A stretch of DNA of 64,000 nucleotides from an uncultured Gemmatimonadales bacterium (GTDB taxonomy: Bacteria > Gemmatimonadota > Gemmatimonadetes > Longimicrobiales > RSA9). The stretch spans positions 233,889-297,888 of the forward strand of contig CAWCRS010000009.1 of NCBI GenBank assembly GCA_963798085.1, given 5' to 3'. Below, in pieces: positions 9,300 through 18,605 of the stretch. The notes under the pieces are model-generated. The model made no database searches and was not told the DNA's origin. It was given only the letters and a program-made list of their open reading frames with translations. The position numbers were made by a program, and so were the translations under genes. Each line of letters begins with the position of its first letter. The first letter of the stretch is position 1.

Positions 9300-10739
9300 T
9301 CAGCGCAGGCCCACGGTCCCGCGCACGGACGCGATCAGGCGCGCGGGGTCGTAGCCGGTGCCGTCCTTGAAGACGATCTCCACGTTCTCCACATCCGCAA
9401 TGCGCGTGGCGGGATCACCGCGCACGACAATGAGGTCGGCGGCCTTGCCGACCGCAATGGAGCCGGTGTGGTCCTGCACGCCCAGGAACGTGGCGCCATT
9501 GAGCGTCGCCACACGCACGGCCTCCACGGGAGAGAGCCCCGCCTCGACCAGAAGTTCGACCTCGCGCTGATTCGAGAATCCGGCCACCACCCCGCCGTAG
9601 CCCGTGGGGTCCGTACCCGAAACCAGCAGACCGCCCGCGCGCACGTACGCGACCTCCATGTCCATCATGTTGCGGAAACGCCGTCGCGCCTCGCTCAATG
9701 TGTCCGGTGCAATGCGCGAGAACTGGCGCAGATACTGGTCGCGCACATCGGGCAGCATCGCATCCAGCGCGCGATCCGGCGCGCGCGGCCGGCCGGGCAC
9801 GGTGGTCTCGAATATCGTGAGCGTCGACGTGATGGCGACGTGCGCGCGCACCAGGTCCTGGATCAGGCTGCGCGCCGCATCGCCCTGCGGGTCGAGTTGC
9901 GTGAGTGAGGCGCTGGCGCCGCCCGGACAGCGGTCCGGCTGCTTGTCCGTAACGAAATCCGTGCTGGCAAAGAAGCCGTGCTCCAGATTGTCGATCCCGA
10001 TCGCCGCTGCCTCACGATACGTGACCGAACACAGATGCCCCGTCACTTTGAGTCCGCGGCGGTGCGCTTCTGCCACCACGGCGCGCAGCTCATCACGCGT
10101 GATGTGCATGTACGCCTTGAACGACGTGAACCCCTCATCCGCCCAGTACGCCGTCATGCGCTGAGCGTCCGCCACATCGCGCAGTGCCTTCACTGCCGGT
10201 ATGGGCAGGCCGGGGCCGTTCAGATAAGGCAATGTCAGGAACATCTTCGGTCCGGGTGTCGCGCCTTCATCGATCGACTTCTTGATGTTGACGTCGGCGT
10301 ACGGCACCATGCTGCCGCCCGTGCGGATCGTCGTCGCGCCGCCCGCCAGGTACAGCCGCGGGAAACTGTAGCCCAGCTCGTTGTACATCGCATTGCCGGC
10401 CGGATAGAACATGTGTTCGTGCAGCATGACAAAACCCGGCAGCACCGTGCGCCCCGCCAGATCAATGACTTCCGCGCCGGCCAGCGACGCACCTGCTGCA
10501 TCGCCTGCGTACACGATCACGCCGTCCCGGATCACGATCGTCTGGTTCGCCTTCGCAGGAGAGCCCGTGCCATCAATGACCCGCACATTGGTGAGCGCGA
10601 TCGTCGGCGCACTCGTGCGCACGAACGCCTGCACCTGCGGCCCCAGCGTTCGCTGTCCCCGTACCGGCGCAGCCAGCCCCAGCCATACCACAGTGAGCAG
10701 ACAGGTCTGCCACAGCACGAATCGACAATGCACGCGCAT
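9300..10739 (-). CDS. secreted amidohydrolase-family metallohydrolase
   Basis: Start at the internal Met (MRVHCRFVLWQTCLLTVVWLGLAAPVRGQ signal peptide). Contains VRVIDGTGSPAKANQTIVIRDGVI...VLPGFVMLHEHMF (HxH metal motif) and a C-terminal GSIAVGKAADLIVV...P motif typical of the amidohydrolase superfamily. Confidence 0.88.
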   Translation of the reverse strand: MRVHCRFVLWQTCLLTVVWLGLAAPVRGQRTLGPQVQAFVRTSAPTIALTNVRVIDGTGSPAKANQTIVIRDGVIVYAGDAAGASLAGAEVIDLAGRTVLPGFVMLHEHMFYPAGNAMYNELGYSFPRLYLAGGATTIRTGGSMVPYADVNIKKSIDEGATPGPKMFLTLPYLNGPGLPIPAVKALRDVADAQRMTAYWADEGFTSFKAYMHITRDELRAVVAEAHRRGLKVTGHLCSVTYREAAAIGIDNLEHGFFASTDFVTDKQPDRCPGGASASLTQLDPQGDAARSLIQDLVRAHVAITSTLTIFETTVPGRPRAPDRALDAMLPDVRDQYLRQFSRIAPDTLSEARRRFRNMMDMEVAYVRAGGLLVSGTDPTGYGGVVAGFSNQREVELLVEAGLSPVEAVRVATLNGATFLGVQDHTGSIAVGKAADLIVVRGDPATRIADVENVEIVFKDGTGYDPARLIASVRGTVGLR

Positions 10740-10904
10740 GGAGAATCCAGCCTCGTCTGATGGAAGAATGTCAGCGCAAGATAAAGCCGGCATCCGATCC
10801 GCACAGCAGGCGAGGGACACAACGCCTCCTGCGTTGCACCACTGCCAGCTGCTAGTGCCCGGTTATCAATCCGCGCAACGGAAAAGGGCCGGGACCCAAC
10901 TCGT

Positions 10905-11020
10905 CCCAGCCCCCGGCCCCAGCCCGCCGTTCAGTCCGATCCCGGCCCCAGCCCGAGCCCCAGCCCGCCGTTCATCCGTTCCCGAGCAACCAGCCCCAGC
11001 AACGTCTTCCAGCAGTTCAA
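10905..11020. repeat. GC-rich intergenic repeat family A copy (minus orientation)
   Basis: Two tandem CCCAGCCC..GCCGTTCA units (10905-10940 and 10941-10980) are followed by cccgagcaaccagccccagcaacg. The reverse complement aligns with 25110-25185 (GTTGCyGGGGCTGGTTGCyCGGGAACGrAT.AACGG...GCTGGGGCTCGGGCTGGGG). It abuts the moeZ stop codon. Confidence 0.7.
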
Positions 11021-12230
11021 TCAATACCGCGGCACCGCAGGATCGACCTCGTCGGACCATGCGAGGATCCCGCCCTTGAGGTTCCAGAGCCGGCGGAAGC
11101 CCGCGTCACGCAGCTGGCGGAGTGCCTTGCCGCTGCGCGCGCCCGAGCGGCAGTACAGCACGATTTCGTCGGCGCTGCTCAGCTCGTTCATGTGCTCGGG
11201 CAACGTGCCAAGCGGGATCAGTCGTGCGCCATACAGTCCGAGATTGCCGATTTCCCATTCGTGCGGCTCCCGCACATCGACGAGGACCAGCGGCTCCTCT
11301 CTGTCGAGGCGCTGCTTCAGCGTCGTCGCCGTGATCTCCGGGATAGTCTTCTGCTCGGCCTCTTCCGCCGCGTGTGCCTGCGGGATGCCGCAGAACTCAT
11401 CGTAGTCGATGAGGCCGGTGAGCGTGGGGTGCTCGCCGCAGATCGGGCAATTGGGATCCTTGCGCACCTTCAGCTCGCGGAACCGCATGGCCAGCGCATC
11501 GAACAGCAGCAGCCGGCCGATCATGGCGTTGCCGCGATCGATGATGAGCTTGATGCCCTCGAGCGCCTGCAGCGTACCGACGATGCCGGGCAGCACACCC
11601 AGCACGCCGCCCTCGGCGCAGCTGGGCACCAGTCCGGGCGGCGGCGGTTCGCGGAAGAGGCAGCGGTAGCACGGCCCCTCCTTCGCGTAGAATACGGAGA
11701 GCTGCCCCTCGAAGCGGAAAATCGAGCCGTAAACATTGGGTTTGCCCAGCAGCACACAGGCATCATTGACGAGGTACCGTGTGGGGAAATTGTCGGTGCC
11801 ATCGATCACGATATCCCAGGGCTCGAGGATCTCCAGCGCATTGTCGCTGCGCAGCGGCGTCTCATGCCCGATCACATCAATGTGCGGATTGATGTCGAGC
11901 AGCCGGTCGCGCGCGGATGCGATCTTGGGCCGGCCCACATCCTTCGTGCCGTGCAGCACCTGGCGCTGCAGGTTGGTTTCGTCGACGACATCGAAGTCCA
12001 CGATCCCAATGGTGCCCACACCCGCCGCGGCGAGGTAGAGACCCAGCGGCGAGCCCAGACCGCCCGCGCCCACGCACAGGACCTTCGCCGCCTTCAGCCG
12101 CTTCTGCCCCTCCATGCCCACTTCCGGCATGATCGAGATGGCGGCTGTAGCGGCGGATCTCCTCCGCCGACAATGCGACATCACCCGCGCGTGCCGCGAG
12201 CAATGCCGAGAGTAATGTCGCCTCTTCCAA
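11021..12230 (-). pseudogene. moeZ: MoeZ/MoeB-type E1-like adenylyltransferase with C-terminal rhodanese domain, frame broken near 12135
   Basis: ALSAEEIRRYSRHL (frame of ORF 11877..12419) joins IMPEVGMEGQKRLKAAKVLCVGAGGLGSPLGLYLAAAGVGTIGIVDFDVVDETNLQRQ... (ORF 11021..12331). It is colinear with mycobacterial MoeZ, including the CxxC pairs and a rhodanese domain with CRSGARS. The given sequence has an extra base in cat ctc g atc atg. Possible own start at TTG 12230, preceded by GGGGGA. No stop codon separates it from cysO upstream. Confidence 0.85.
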
Positions 12231-12248
12231 TGCGGTTCCCCCTGTTGC

Positions 12249-12520
12249 CCCGCCGGCAATGCTGGGCACAATGGTAATGGTGTCGCCCTCGTGGATGCGC
12301 GCAGCCGCGCCACCCAGCGCGCGCGCGTCATCCTCGTTGATGTACGCGTTCACGAAATTGCGCAGACTGCCGCGCTCATCATAGAGGTGCGGCCGGAGCG
12401 ATGGATGCTGCGTCACCAATGCTCCAGCGCCTCGCCCACCGTGGCCGCCGCAACACTGACCTCCTGTCCGCCGCCCGCGTACTGTTTCAGCGCCGCCGGT
12501 ATCCGTATGGTCACGCTCAT
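12249..12520 (-). pseudogene. cysO: CysO/MoaD/ThiS-like ubiquitin-fold sulfur carrier ending in Gly-Gly, frame broken near 12415
   Basis: MSVTIRIPAALKQYAGGGQEVSVAAATVGEALEH (ATG 12520) plus VTQHPSLRPHLYDERGSLRNFVNAYINEDDARALGGAAARIHEGDTITIVPSIAGG gives about 91 aa. The apparent stop (cat tgg tga) becomes cat ttg gtg if one T is restored. The GG codons are at 12254..12249, and the frame then runs on without a stop into moeZ. Confidence 0.8.
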
Positions 12521-12542
12521 TCTGACCCCGCAGTCTCGTGTC

Positions 12543-12968
12543 TCAGTCCTCGACGTGCATGACTTCTTCTGCGAACGACGACCGGTCCTCCGCCATGCGC
12601 CAGGCTCTGGTCTCCGCCGGCTCACCCTGACGCACGCTGACGATCAGGTAGGTATACCACGGCCACGAGTGCTCGAGGTCGAAAGCCGAAGGCGATGCCG
12701 GATGGTCGGGGTGCGAGTGGTAGAAGCCCACGATCTCGAGGTCATCACGCGCGGCCGCGCGCTCGATCTGCAGCATGGCATCGGGGGGAATCAGGTAGCG
12801 CCGCTCGCGCTCATCCGTGCGCGCGTTCGCCACACTCGCCACGCCCGCAATGCGGCGCATGGCGCCGTCCTGATCACGGCCCAGCAGCACGCCGCAGATC
12901 TCCTCGGGATAACCGTCCCTTGCGGCCTCACGAATGACCGCGAGATGCAGCTGCTCAATGCGTATCAA
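12543..12968 (-). CDS. mec: JAMM/MPN+ zinc metalloprotease (Mec+-like)
   Basis: 141 aa. Contains EICGVLLG and the JAMM motif FYHSHPDHPASPSAFD. Positioned between cysM and cysO, as in the mycobacterial mec-cysO-cysM cluster. Confidence 0.9.
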   Translation of the reverse strand: MIRIEQLHLAVIREAARDGYPEEICGVLLGRDQDGAMRRIAGVASVANARTDERERRYLIPPDAMLQIERAAARDDLEIVGFYHSHPDHPASPSAFDLEHSWPWYTYLIVSVRQGEPAETRAWRMAEDRSSFAEEVMHVED

Positions 12969-13027
12969 TCCAGGCTCCCGTCGCTCAGGGTCTCAGCAAA
13001 CCCGTATTCAGCAATCGGCCGGCCGCT

Positions 13028-13987
13028 TCATGCGCCCGGTCCGTTCTCGGCGCGCAGCCAGGCTTCCGAGAGGTAGCGCTCGCCCGAGTCCGGCAGCAGC
13101 GTGGCGATCACCGAATGCACCGGCGCTTCCGCGGCAACGCGCAGCGCGGCCACGACGTTGGCGCCGCCCGATACGCCCGCCAGCAGGCCCTCTTCGCGCG
13201 CCAGCCGACGGGCCATCCGCTGCGCATCCTCGGTCTCGATCTCCATCATCCGATCCGCCAGCGAAGGGTCGTAAATGCCCGGCACGATCGCCGTGGGCAT
13301 GTGCTTCAGACCTTCCAGCCCGTGAAACGACGAAGCCGGCTGCACCGCGATGAGCACGATGTCATCACGGTACATGCGCAGCCGGCGGCCCGTCCCCACG
13401 AAGGTGCCGCTCGTACCCAGGCCGGCCACGAAATGCGTGATGCGACCGCGCGTCTGCTGCCACAGCTCGTAACCCGTGCCCTCGAAATGCGACTGCACGT
13501 TCGCCCGATTGTTGTACTGGTCCGCGTAGAAGTAGCGCTCCGGAAACTCTGCGGCACGCCGTCTTGCCTCACGGATGGCGCCGTCCGATCCGAATTCCGC
13601 CGGCGTGATCACGAGCCGCGCGCCGTACGCCCGCAGCATCTGCTTGCGCTCCTCACTGGCTGTTGCCGGCAGGCAGATCTCGCAGCCGTAGCCGCGTTCC
13701 GCGCACAACATGGCGTATGCGATCCCGGTGTTACCCGAGCTGGCGTCGAGGAGTGTGCGACCGGCACGCAGCAATCCCTGCCGCTCGGCCGCACGCACGA
13801 TCGCCAGCGCCGGCCTCGCCTTCACACTGCCGCCGGGATTCTGCCCTTCCAGCTTGACCAGCACGCGCGCACCACCCGCCGGAGCCAGGCGCTGCAGCGG
13901 CACCAGCGGTGTGTGGCCAATGGCCGCCTCCAGCCGGCCAGCGGGCTCATCCAGCTCGGAGATGACGACGTGGGGCATGGATGACAT
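13028..13987 (-). CDS. cysM: PLP-dependent cysteine synthase (CysM/CysK family, probably CysO-thiocarboxylate dependent)
   Basis: 319 aa. Contains PLVPLQRL...KLEGQNPGGSVKARPAL (PLP lysine), SSGNTGIAYAM and GLGTSGTFVGTG. The assignment as the CysO-dependent form rests on operon context with mec, cysO and moeZ. Confidence 0.9.
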   Translation of the reverse strand: MSSMPHVVISELDEPAGRLEAAIGHTPLVPLQRLAPAGGARVLVKLEGQNPGGSVKARPALAIVRAAERQGLLRAGRTLLDASSGNTGIAYAMLCAERGYGCEICLPATASEERKQMLRAYGARLVITPAEFGSDGAIREARRRAAEFPERYFYADQYNNRANVQSHFEGTGYELWQQTRGRITHFVAGLGTSGTFVGTGRRLRMYRDDIVLIAVQPASSFHGLEGLKHMPTAIVPGIYDPSLADRMMEIETEDAQRMARRLAREEGLLAGVSGGANVVAALRVAAEAPVHSVIATLLPDSGERYLSEAWLRAENGPGA

Positions 13988-14604
13988 CGTCGCGTACTCC
14001 AGGAAAAAAGAACGGCCGCGGGCTTCAGAATATCTGGCCCACGGCCGCTGGGTTCGGAGAACCGACCGCCCCCTGAATGGGCGGCCTCAGCCGTCGGCCC
14101 CAGGGGCGCCGCATCATGGCGCCCAGGCTCGAACAACAGCAGCTGCGACGGCAATCGTGCATCACGTTTTTCGGTCCCCGCCAGGTTTCACGAGCGGGCC
14201 CATCCGGCACCCGCTTCACAGCCCTTCAAACCCGCGCGCCGCGATTCCGGTTCCAGACCTTCGCCAGTGTCGGCAACACATCCTGCCGCCGCGTCGCTCG
14301 CCGCAGCACGATCTCGCTCCCCGCGCGCGTCCGCTGATCGAGTTCGCTGGCCTCTGCACGTCGACAGGGTCAGCCGTACGGATTTGCTCACACCGGGGTC
14401 ACAGGGGGACTGAGGGGCGCAGTTCGGGGCTGCGGCTGGCCGTCCGCGAGGGGCTTGGTGAGGCAGTTCGATTTTCCGCATCCCCGGCAACCCGCCGGGA
14501 CGTGGAGCTGCAATTCGAGGTGATGTCGGCCGGCGCGGCGCCCGCTAACTCAACGTTACAACCGCCGCCCGGCCATCCCTCTGCTCTCCGGGTGGACGGA
14601 GAGG

Positions 14605-15247
14605 TCAGGCGGTCTTGCGCTCGAACGCGGCGGCTTTCACCTCGCTGCGCGACAGGCCCTTCTGCTTGCGCCACGCCATCTCGTCGGTGTAGGCGTCAGC
14701 GAAGAACTGCGCCACCTCGTCGGCCGGTGTCGCGATCATGGGGGCAGTGGGCCGCTCCCGCGTGAACCGCAGGTGCAGCGCGGCGGGTGTCAGTCCGGGT
14801 GCACGCACCTTCGTGCGTCCCGGATGCTCGTCCAGTCCGCCGCCCATGCGGGCATTCGTCACCGTGAAGCTGGTGCCGTCCTGGTAGCGGCAGCAGAATG
14901 TCGCAGAACACGCCCGCCTGCGGATGCTCGTAGACCACCGCGATCGCCGCCTCATCCTCTTTCACGAGAAAGTGCAGGGGCAGGTTCTTCATCTCGGGTA
15001 CGGTGAAGCTGCCCGCCGCCACGAAGCCTCGCCGCTGCAGGGATTCCACCGCCGACCTCGCCTCGGGCCTGGCGGGGGGGCCGCTGGCAGGATTCAGCGT
15101 GATCGCATCCGGCTGACTCGCCAGCGCCGCCTTGCCGATCGCATTCCCCGCCACCGCGACCACCAGCCTGTGGAACAGGTCCGGCCGCAGCTTGATGATG
15201 GCGTAGATGAGGCAGAGGATACCGATCCAGAGAAGATCGCGACTCAT
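14605..15247 (-). pseudogene. hypothetical membrane-anchored protein, frame broken near 14905
   Basis: MSRDLLWIGILCLIYAIIKL (N-terminal TM, ATG 15247) ...AVVYEHPQAGVF continues in another frame as ATFCCRYQDGTSFTVTNARMGGGLDEHPG...KAAAFERKTA (ORF 14605..14955). I recognise no family. Confidence 0.55.
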
Positions 15248-15410
15248 GGCCGTTTCCGCGTCCGCAGCACGGGTCACCCGGGGAACGGGCGTATGGTCCC
15301 AGTATCGACAGCGCCCGGATACGGGGTGAATCGCGACTGGAACGCCCCCAGCCGCTTCACCATGCCTATCCGACTGCAATCGCCAGTCGAAAAACCGTTC
15401 TCGATCTCCG

Positions 15411-15485
15411 GCCAGCCCGACTCCCAGGGTCGTTCCCAGCAACCAGCCCGAGCCCCAGCCCAAGCGACGCCGTTGCAGTCCGCCT
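15411..15485. repeat. GC-rich intergenic repeat family A copy
   Basis: The sequence gccagcccgactcccagggtcgttcccagcaaccagcccgagccccagcccaagcgacgccgttgcag contains the CAACCAGCCC / GAGCCCCAGCCC / GCCGTTGCA modules shared with 10905-11020 and 25088-25308. Confidence 0.6.
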
Positions 15486-15563
15486 GCCCAACCCTCATGG
15501 AAAAACGCCTCATTGCGATGCGCCCGACCGCGAGTCCAGATTCGGCGGTCGCCAACCAGTCGG

Positions 15564-17028
15564 GTGGCGATCCCGCAAGGAATCAACGCCTGGAAAGCGA
15601 GCGGAACCGCAGTGCTGACGCTGGGTGGACCCGGGGTCTCGATCCGGCTGGGACACTGGCACGAGCCGGTCGTCTGCGATGGCGAAGACACCCGCCAGAC
15701 AGCGCTCCGCTTCGGGGATCTCGTGGAGGCGACGACGCTGCTTCGCGCCTTCGTCGAAACGCCGCTCGCATGGCAGGGCCTGCGCCAGCTGCTGACTGAA
15801 GCCGCGCCCTCCGAGACTGGCGTCCACGACGTCGCATCGGACAGCGTGCAGCGCGCCGCCGAACTGCTGCTCGAGGGCCGCCTGCAGGCGTTGCGCTGTG
15901 AGCGTGAGTTCTGGGCCGAATCGGTAATTGGCCCGGAGCCACGCCCGGAACCCGAGCCGCCTCGCCCGGCGCCGCCTCCGCCCGGACCCCGGCGCGAGCC
16001 TGCGCCTGTGCTCTCCTTCTACGAGGTGGCACTGCTGGATGAGCTGGAAGCGGGCATTGCCGGCGTGACGCTCGAGCTGAACACGCCGGGCGGCCGGCGC
16101 CAGCTGAAGACGGACGGTTCGGGCAAGGTGCGCATCGACAACGAGCCGCCCGGGCAGGGCACGGCGCGCATTGCCAGCGCCACGCAGCTGGCGCAGGCGC
16201 TGCAGGACCGCCTGTCGCGGCCCGTCCGTAACAAGCCGTTACCAGAACCGGCCAATGACCTCGTGATCGTGACACCCGCGAAGGCAGCGGGCACCGTGTC
16301 GTTCCCTGATGCTCGACCGCAGCGCATCATGATCGTGGCGCGCACCAACGTCGTGTCCGCCACGACGAGTCAGGCGTGGGGCGACCTCGCGCCCGCCGAC
16401 GACGGCGGACCCTGGGATTTCGCGCAGGACCTGTGCAGTCTGCTCAAGCTGTGCTCCACCGGCGAAGGCACCGGCACCGTGATCGGGCAGCGCCCCCTCG
16501 ACCCGCTCGAGCCCCCCGAAGCATCGCCCTCGCCCGACCCGCTGCCCAATACACTCTGGCCTTCGCCGGATACCTGCATCGCACAACCGGACGACACGTT
16601 CGCGACCCTTGCACAGCGTTACCTCGGTGATGCGGAGCGCGGCAGCGAGATCCAGCAGCGGAATCCGCTGCTGGCCGCGCTCGCGCTGTTCGCGCCCATT
16701 CCGCCGGGAACACCCGTGCTGATGCCGTCCGGTTCAATGCCTTCGTTCATGCAGTCCTCGTCGCCAGGCGAATGGCCCGCGGCCGAGGCGGCGCCGCAAT
16801 CGCCCTGGCTCAATGTCGACGTCGAATGCGCTGCACGACGACCTTTTCAACAGCGCGTACGACGCGGTGATCAGCACCTTGAGCGGCGCGCTCGAGGAAC
16901 CGCCGCCGCCGCCCCCGCCGGACTGGCCGCCGCCTGTTGGCGAATCGGTCGAGTTCGCCAACCAAATGCTGGTTCTGGCAATGCAGGGCTACGTGGACTC
17001 ACCCATCGAGCCCGAGGAGCCGGCGTGA
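15564..17028 (+). pseudogene. hypothetical proline-rich protein with C-terminal LysM-like domain, frame changes near 16826
   Basis: Coding frame of ORF 15513..17081. There is no in-frame ATG, so the start is uncertain (candidate GTG at 15564 or 15612). Pro-rich linker EPRPEPEPPRPAPPPPGPRREP. LysM-like CIAQPDDTFATLAQRYLGDAERGSEIQQRNP...IPPGTPVLMP. High third-position GC moves to the frame of ORF 16813..17028 (NALHDDLFNSAYDAV...PPPPPPPDWPPP...EEPA). This is therefore either one frameshifted gene or two genes. Confidence 0.55.
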
Positions 17029-17077
17029 ACCCGTCGCCTCGATCGGGAACGGGGCTCAGCGTGATCCGGCCGCCTTC

Positions 17078-18523
17078 ATGACCATTCGCCTGCAGGTCCA
17101 GTGGCCCAACGCAGACCACCCGCTGCTGCAGGGCGTGTCCGTCGACATGACCATCGATGGCTCGCCCAACCTGCCCATCTCGGCGACACCGGGTAAGATC
17201 CTGTTTGATATCGACGAGGGCAGTTCGCACGTTCTGCTCAAGGTGAAGTTCGAGCCTACCCTGCCGATCCCCGATCTGGAAACGGTTCCGATCGAAGTGC
17301 TGAGCGCGGACCAGGCCTGGAACGTCGAAGGCAACACGCTGCGTCCGGACCCGACACCGTTCCACCTCGAAGACGGCGAGATCATCCTGCAGAATGTCCA
17401 CCCGCTCATTGACACGATCAGTGCCGGCAACGCGGCCTCGGGTGTGACCATTGCCGAAGTGCGTACGGAGTATGTGGACTCTACCGACATCTGGGGCCTG
17501 GTCGCGAATGGCTATTTCCTGAGCGAGTACACGGCGGACAAGGAGCCCGGCATCAACCTGGTGTCGATAGCGGCCACAGGAAAACGAGGGCCGCCGCTCT
17601 GGTTCGCGAACTTCCCGACAGGCCTGATGCCGCCCACGCCGGAAGTCGGCACGTTCATTTTCTTCCGGCCCACCATGCAGTACGACTACAGCACGGCATG
17701 GGACAAGCGGCACGGCGGCGACTGGGGACAGTCGCTGCTGAACCGGTACATGCTGGCCGGCGGCGATCCCAATGTTCCGGTCATACGCTGGTACACGAGC
17801 TTGATGGATCGTCCCGGCGGCGCCATGTGGCTGATCCGCGATGCCTATGCACTGCGCTGTTCCATGCAGAGCGCCATGCTGAAGAGTGGCCGGCCCATCG
17901 TCGCGCTGCATCCCTGGCCCACGGGCGGTACGAATTTCGGCGACGCAATGAATGCCAACCTGCCCGAGGCGCTGCGCGGGATTCTGCGGATGCTGCGCGG
18001 CCTGGGTTACGTCGGCATCAATCACCCGGCCATCGTGCCCGGACGGGTCGGCATTGGCGGTTTCAGCGCGGGTGGCAGGCCCGTGTTCGCGTCGCTCCTG
18101 GCGAATCGCACACTGGTCAAGGAGCTGTATCTCTGGGACCCGATGGGTCTCGCTGCGGTGGCGCCATTCATCATTCAGTGGGCACGACACACGCCGGATT
18201 TCCGACTGCACATGACCGGGCTCAACGCCTACGCTTCGATGATGGGCATCTACAACGCCGTACGCGCGGGTGTGAGCGGTGAGGCCGGCGATCTTTTTCT
18301 GTCCGCGCAGCCCCAGGACCAGCGCTTCTGGAACCCCGTCGACAAAGGCGGCAGTCCCTACTGGAACTTCGTGATCCAGGAACATCCCGAGATGCAGCAC
18401 GACTGGAGCGTCATGCACCAGTTCATGATGTTCGGAGGCAGCGAGATCCAGGTGAACGAAGCCAACAAGATCGACAACAACGTGACCTGGTTCGAGAAGT
18501 TTCTGAACGCGTCGGGATTCTGA
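17078..18523 (+). CDS. hypothetical protein with C-terminal alpha/beta-hydrolase (esterase-like) fold features
   Basis: ATG at 17078 (MTIRLQVQWPN). The N-terminal ~200 aa are beta-rich. The C-terminal half has RPIVALHPWPTGG, a nucleophile elbow RVGIGGFSAGG (GxSxG), LYLWDP and SVMHQF as possible Asp and His. Amino-acid composition is normal, unlike the antisense shadow ORF 16871..18592. Confidence 0.6.
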   Translation: MTIRLQVQWPNADHPLLQGVSVDMTIDGSPNLPISATPGKILFDIDEGSSHVLLKVKFEPTLPIPDLETVPIEVLSADQAWNVEGNTLRPDPTPFHLEDGEIILQNVHPLIDTISAGNAASGVTIAEVRTEYVDSTDIWGLVANGYFLSEYTADKEPGINLVSIAATGKRGPPLWFANFPTGLMPPTPEVGTFIFFRPTMQYDYSTAWDKRHGGDWGQSLLNRYMLAGGDPNVPVIRWYTSLMDRPGGAMWLIRDAYALRCSMQSAMLKSGRPIVALHPWPTGGTNFGDAMNANLPEALRGILRMLRGLGYVGINHPAIVPGRVGIGGFSAGGRPVFASLLANRTLVKELYLWDPMGLAAVAPFIIQWARHTPDFRLHMTGLNAYASMMGIYNAVRAGVSGEAGDLFLSAQPQDQRFWNPVDKGGSPYWNFVIQEHPEMQHDWSVMHQFMMFGGSEIQVNEANKIDNNVTWFEKFLNASGF

Positions 18524-18605
18524 AGCAGAGCCGTCGCCTGAAATACGAAAGGGGGTACGCGCCTCTCGGCACGCACCCCCTGATGCTGCCATTCCCGCGC
18601 CGGAC

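Noticed and set aside
12100-12430. Programmed ribosomal frameshifting or a recoded stop as an explanation for the frame breaks in cysO, moeZ, lon, modA and others.
   Set aside because: I found no slippery heptamer or conserved stimulatory structure at the sites. The breaks occur in both +1 and -1 directions in unrelated genes. One compensated insertion/deletion pair in lon points to random indels.
14040-14125. A tRNA-like or known riboswitch element upstream of cysM: the GTTCGAGCC resembles a T-loop, and CGTGAAACCTGGCG / CCTGGGCGCC is faintly ZTP-like.
   Set aside because: No acceptor, anticodon or T-stem complementarity for a cloverleaf exists. The conserved cores of the SAM and ZTP classes are not present in the correct order or spacing. 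It is kept only as an unassigned structured leader in the findings.
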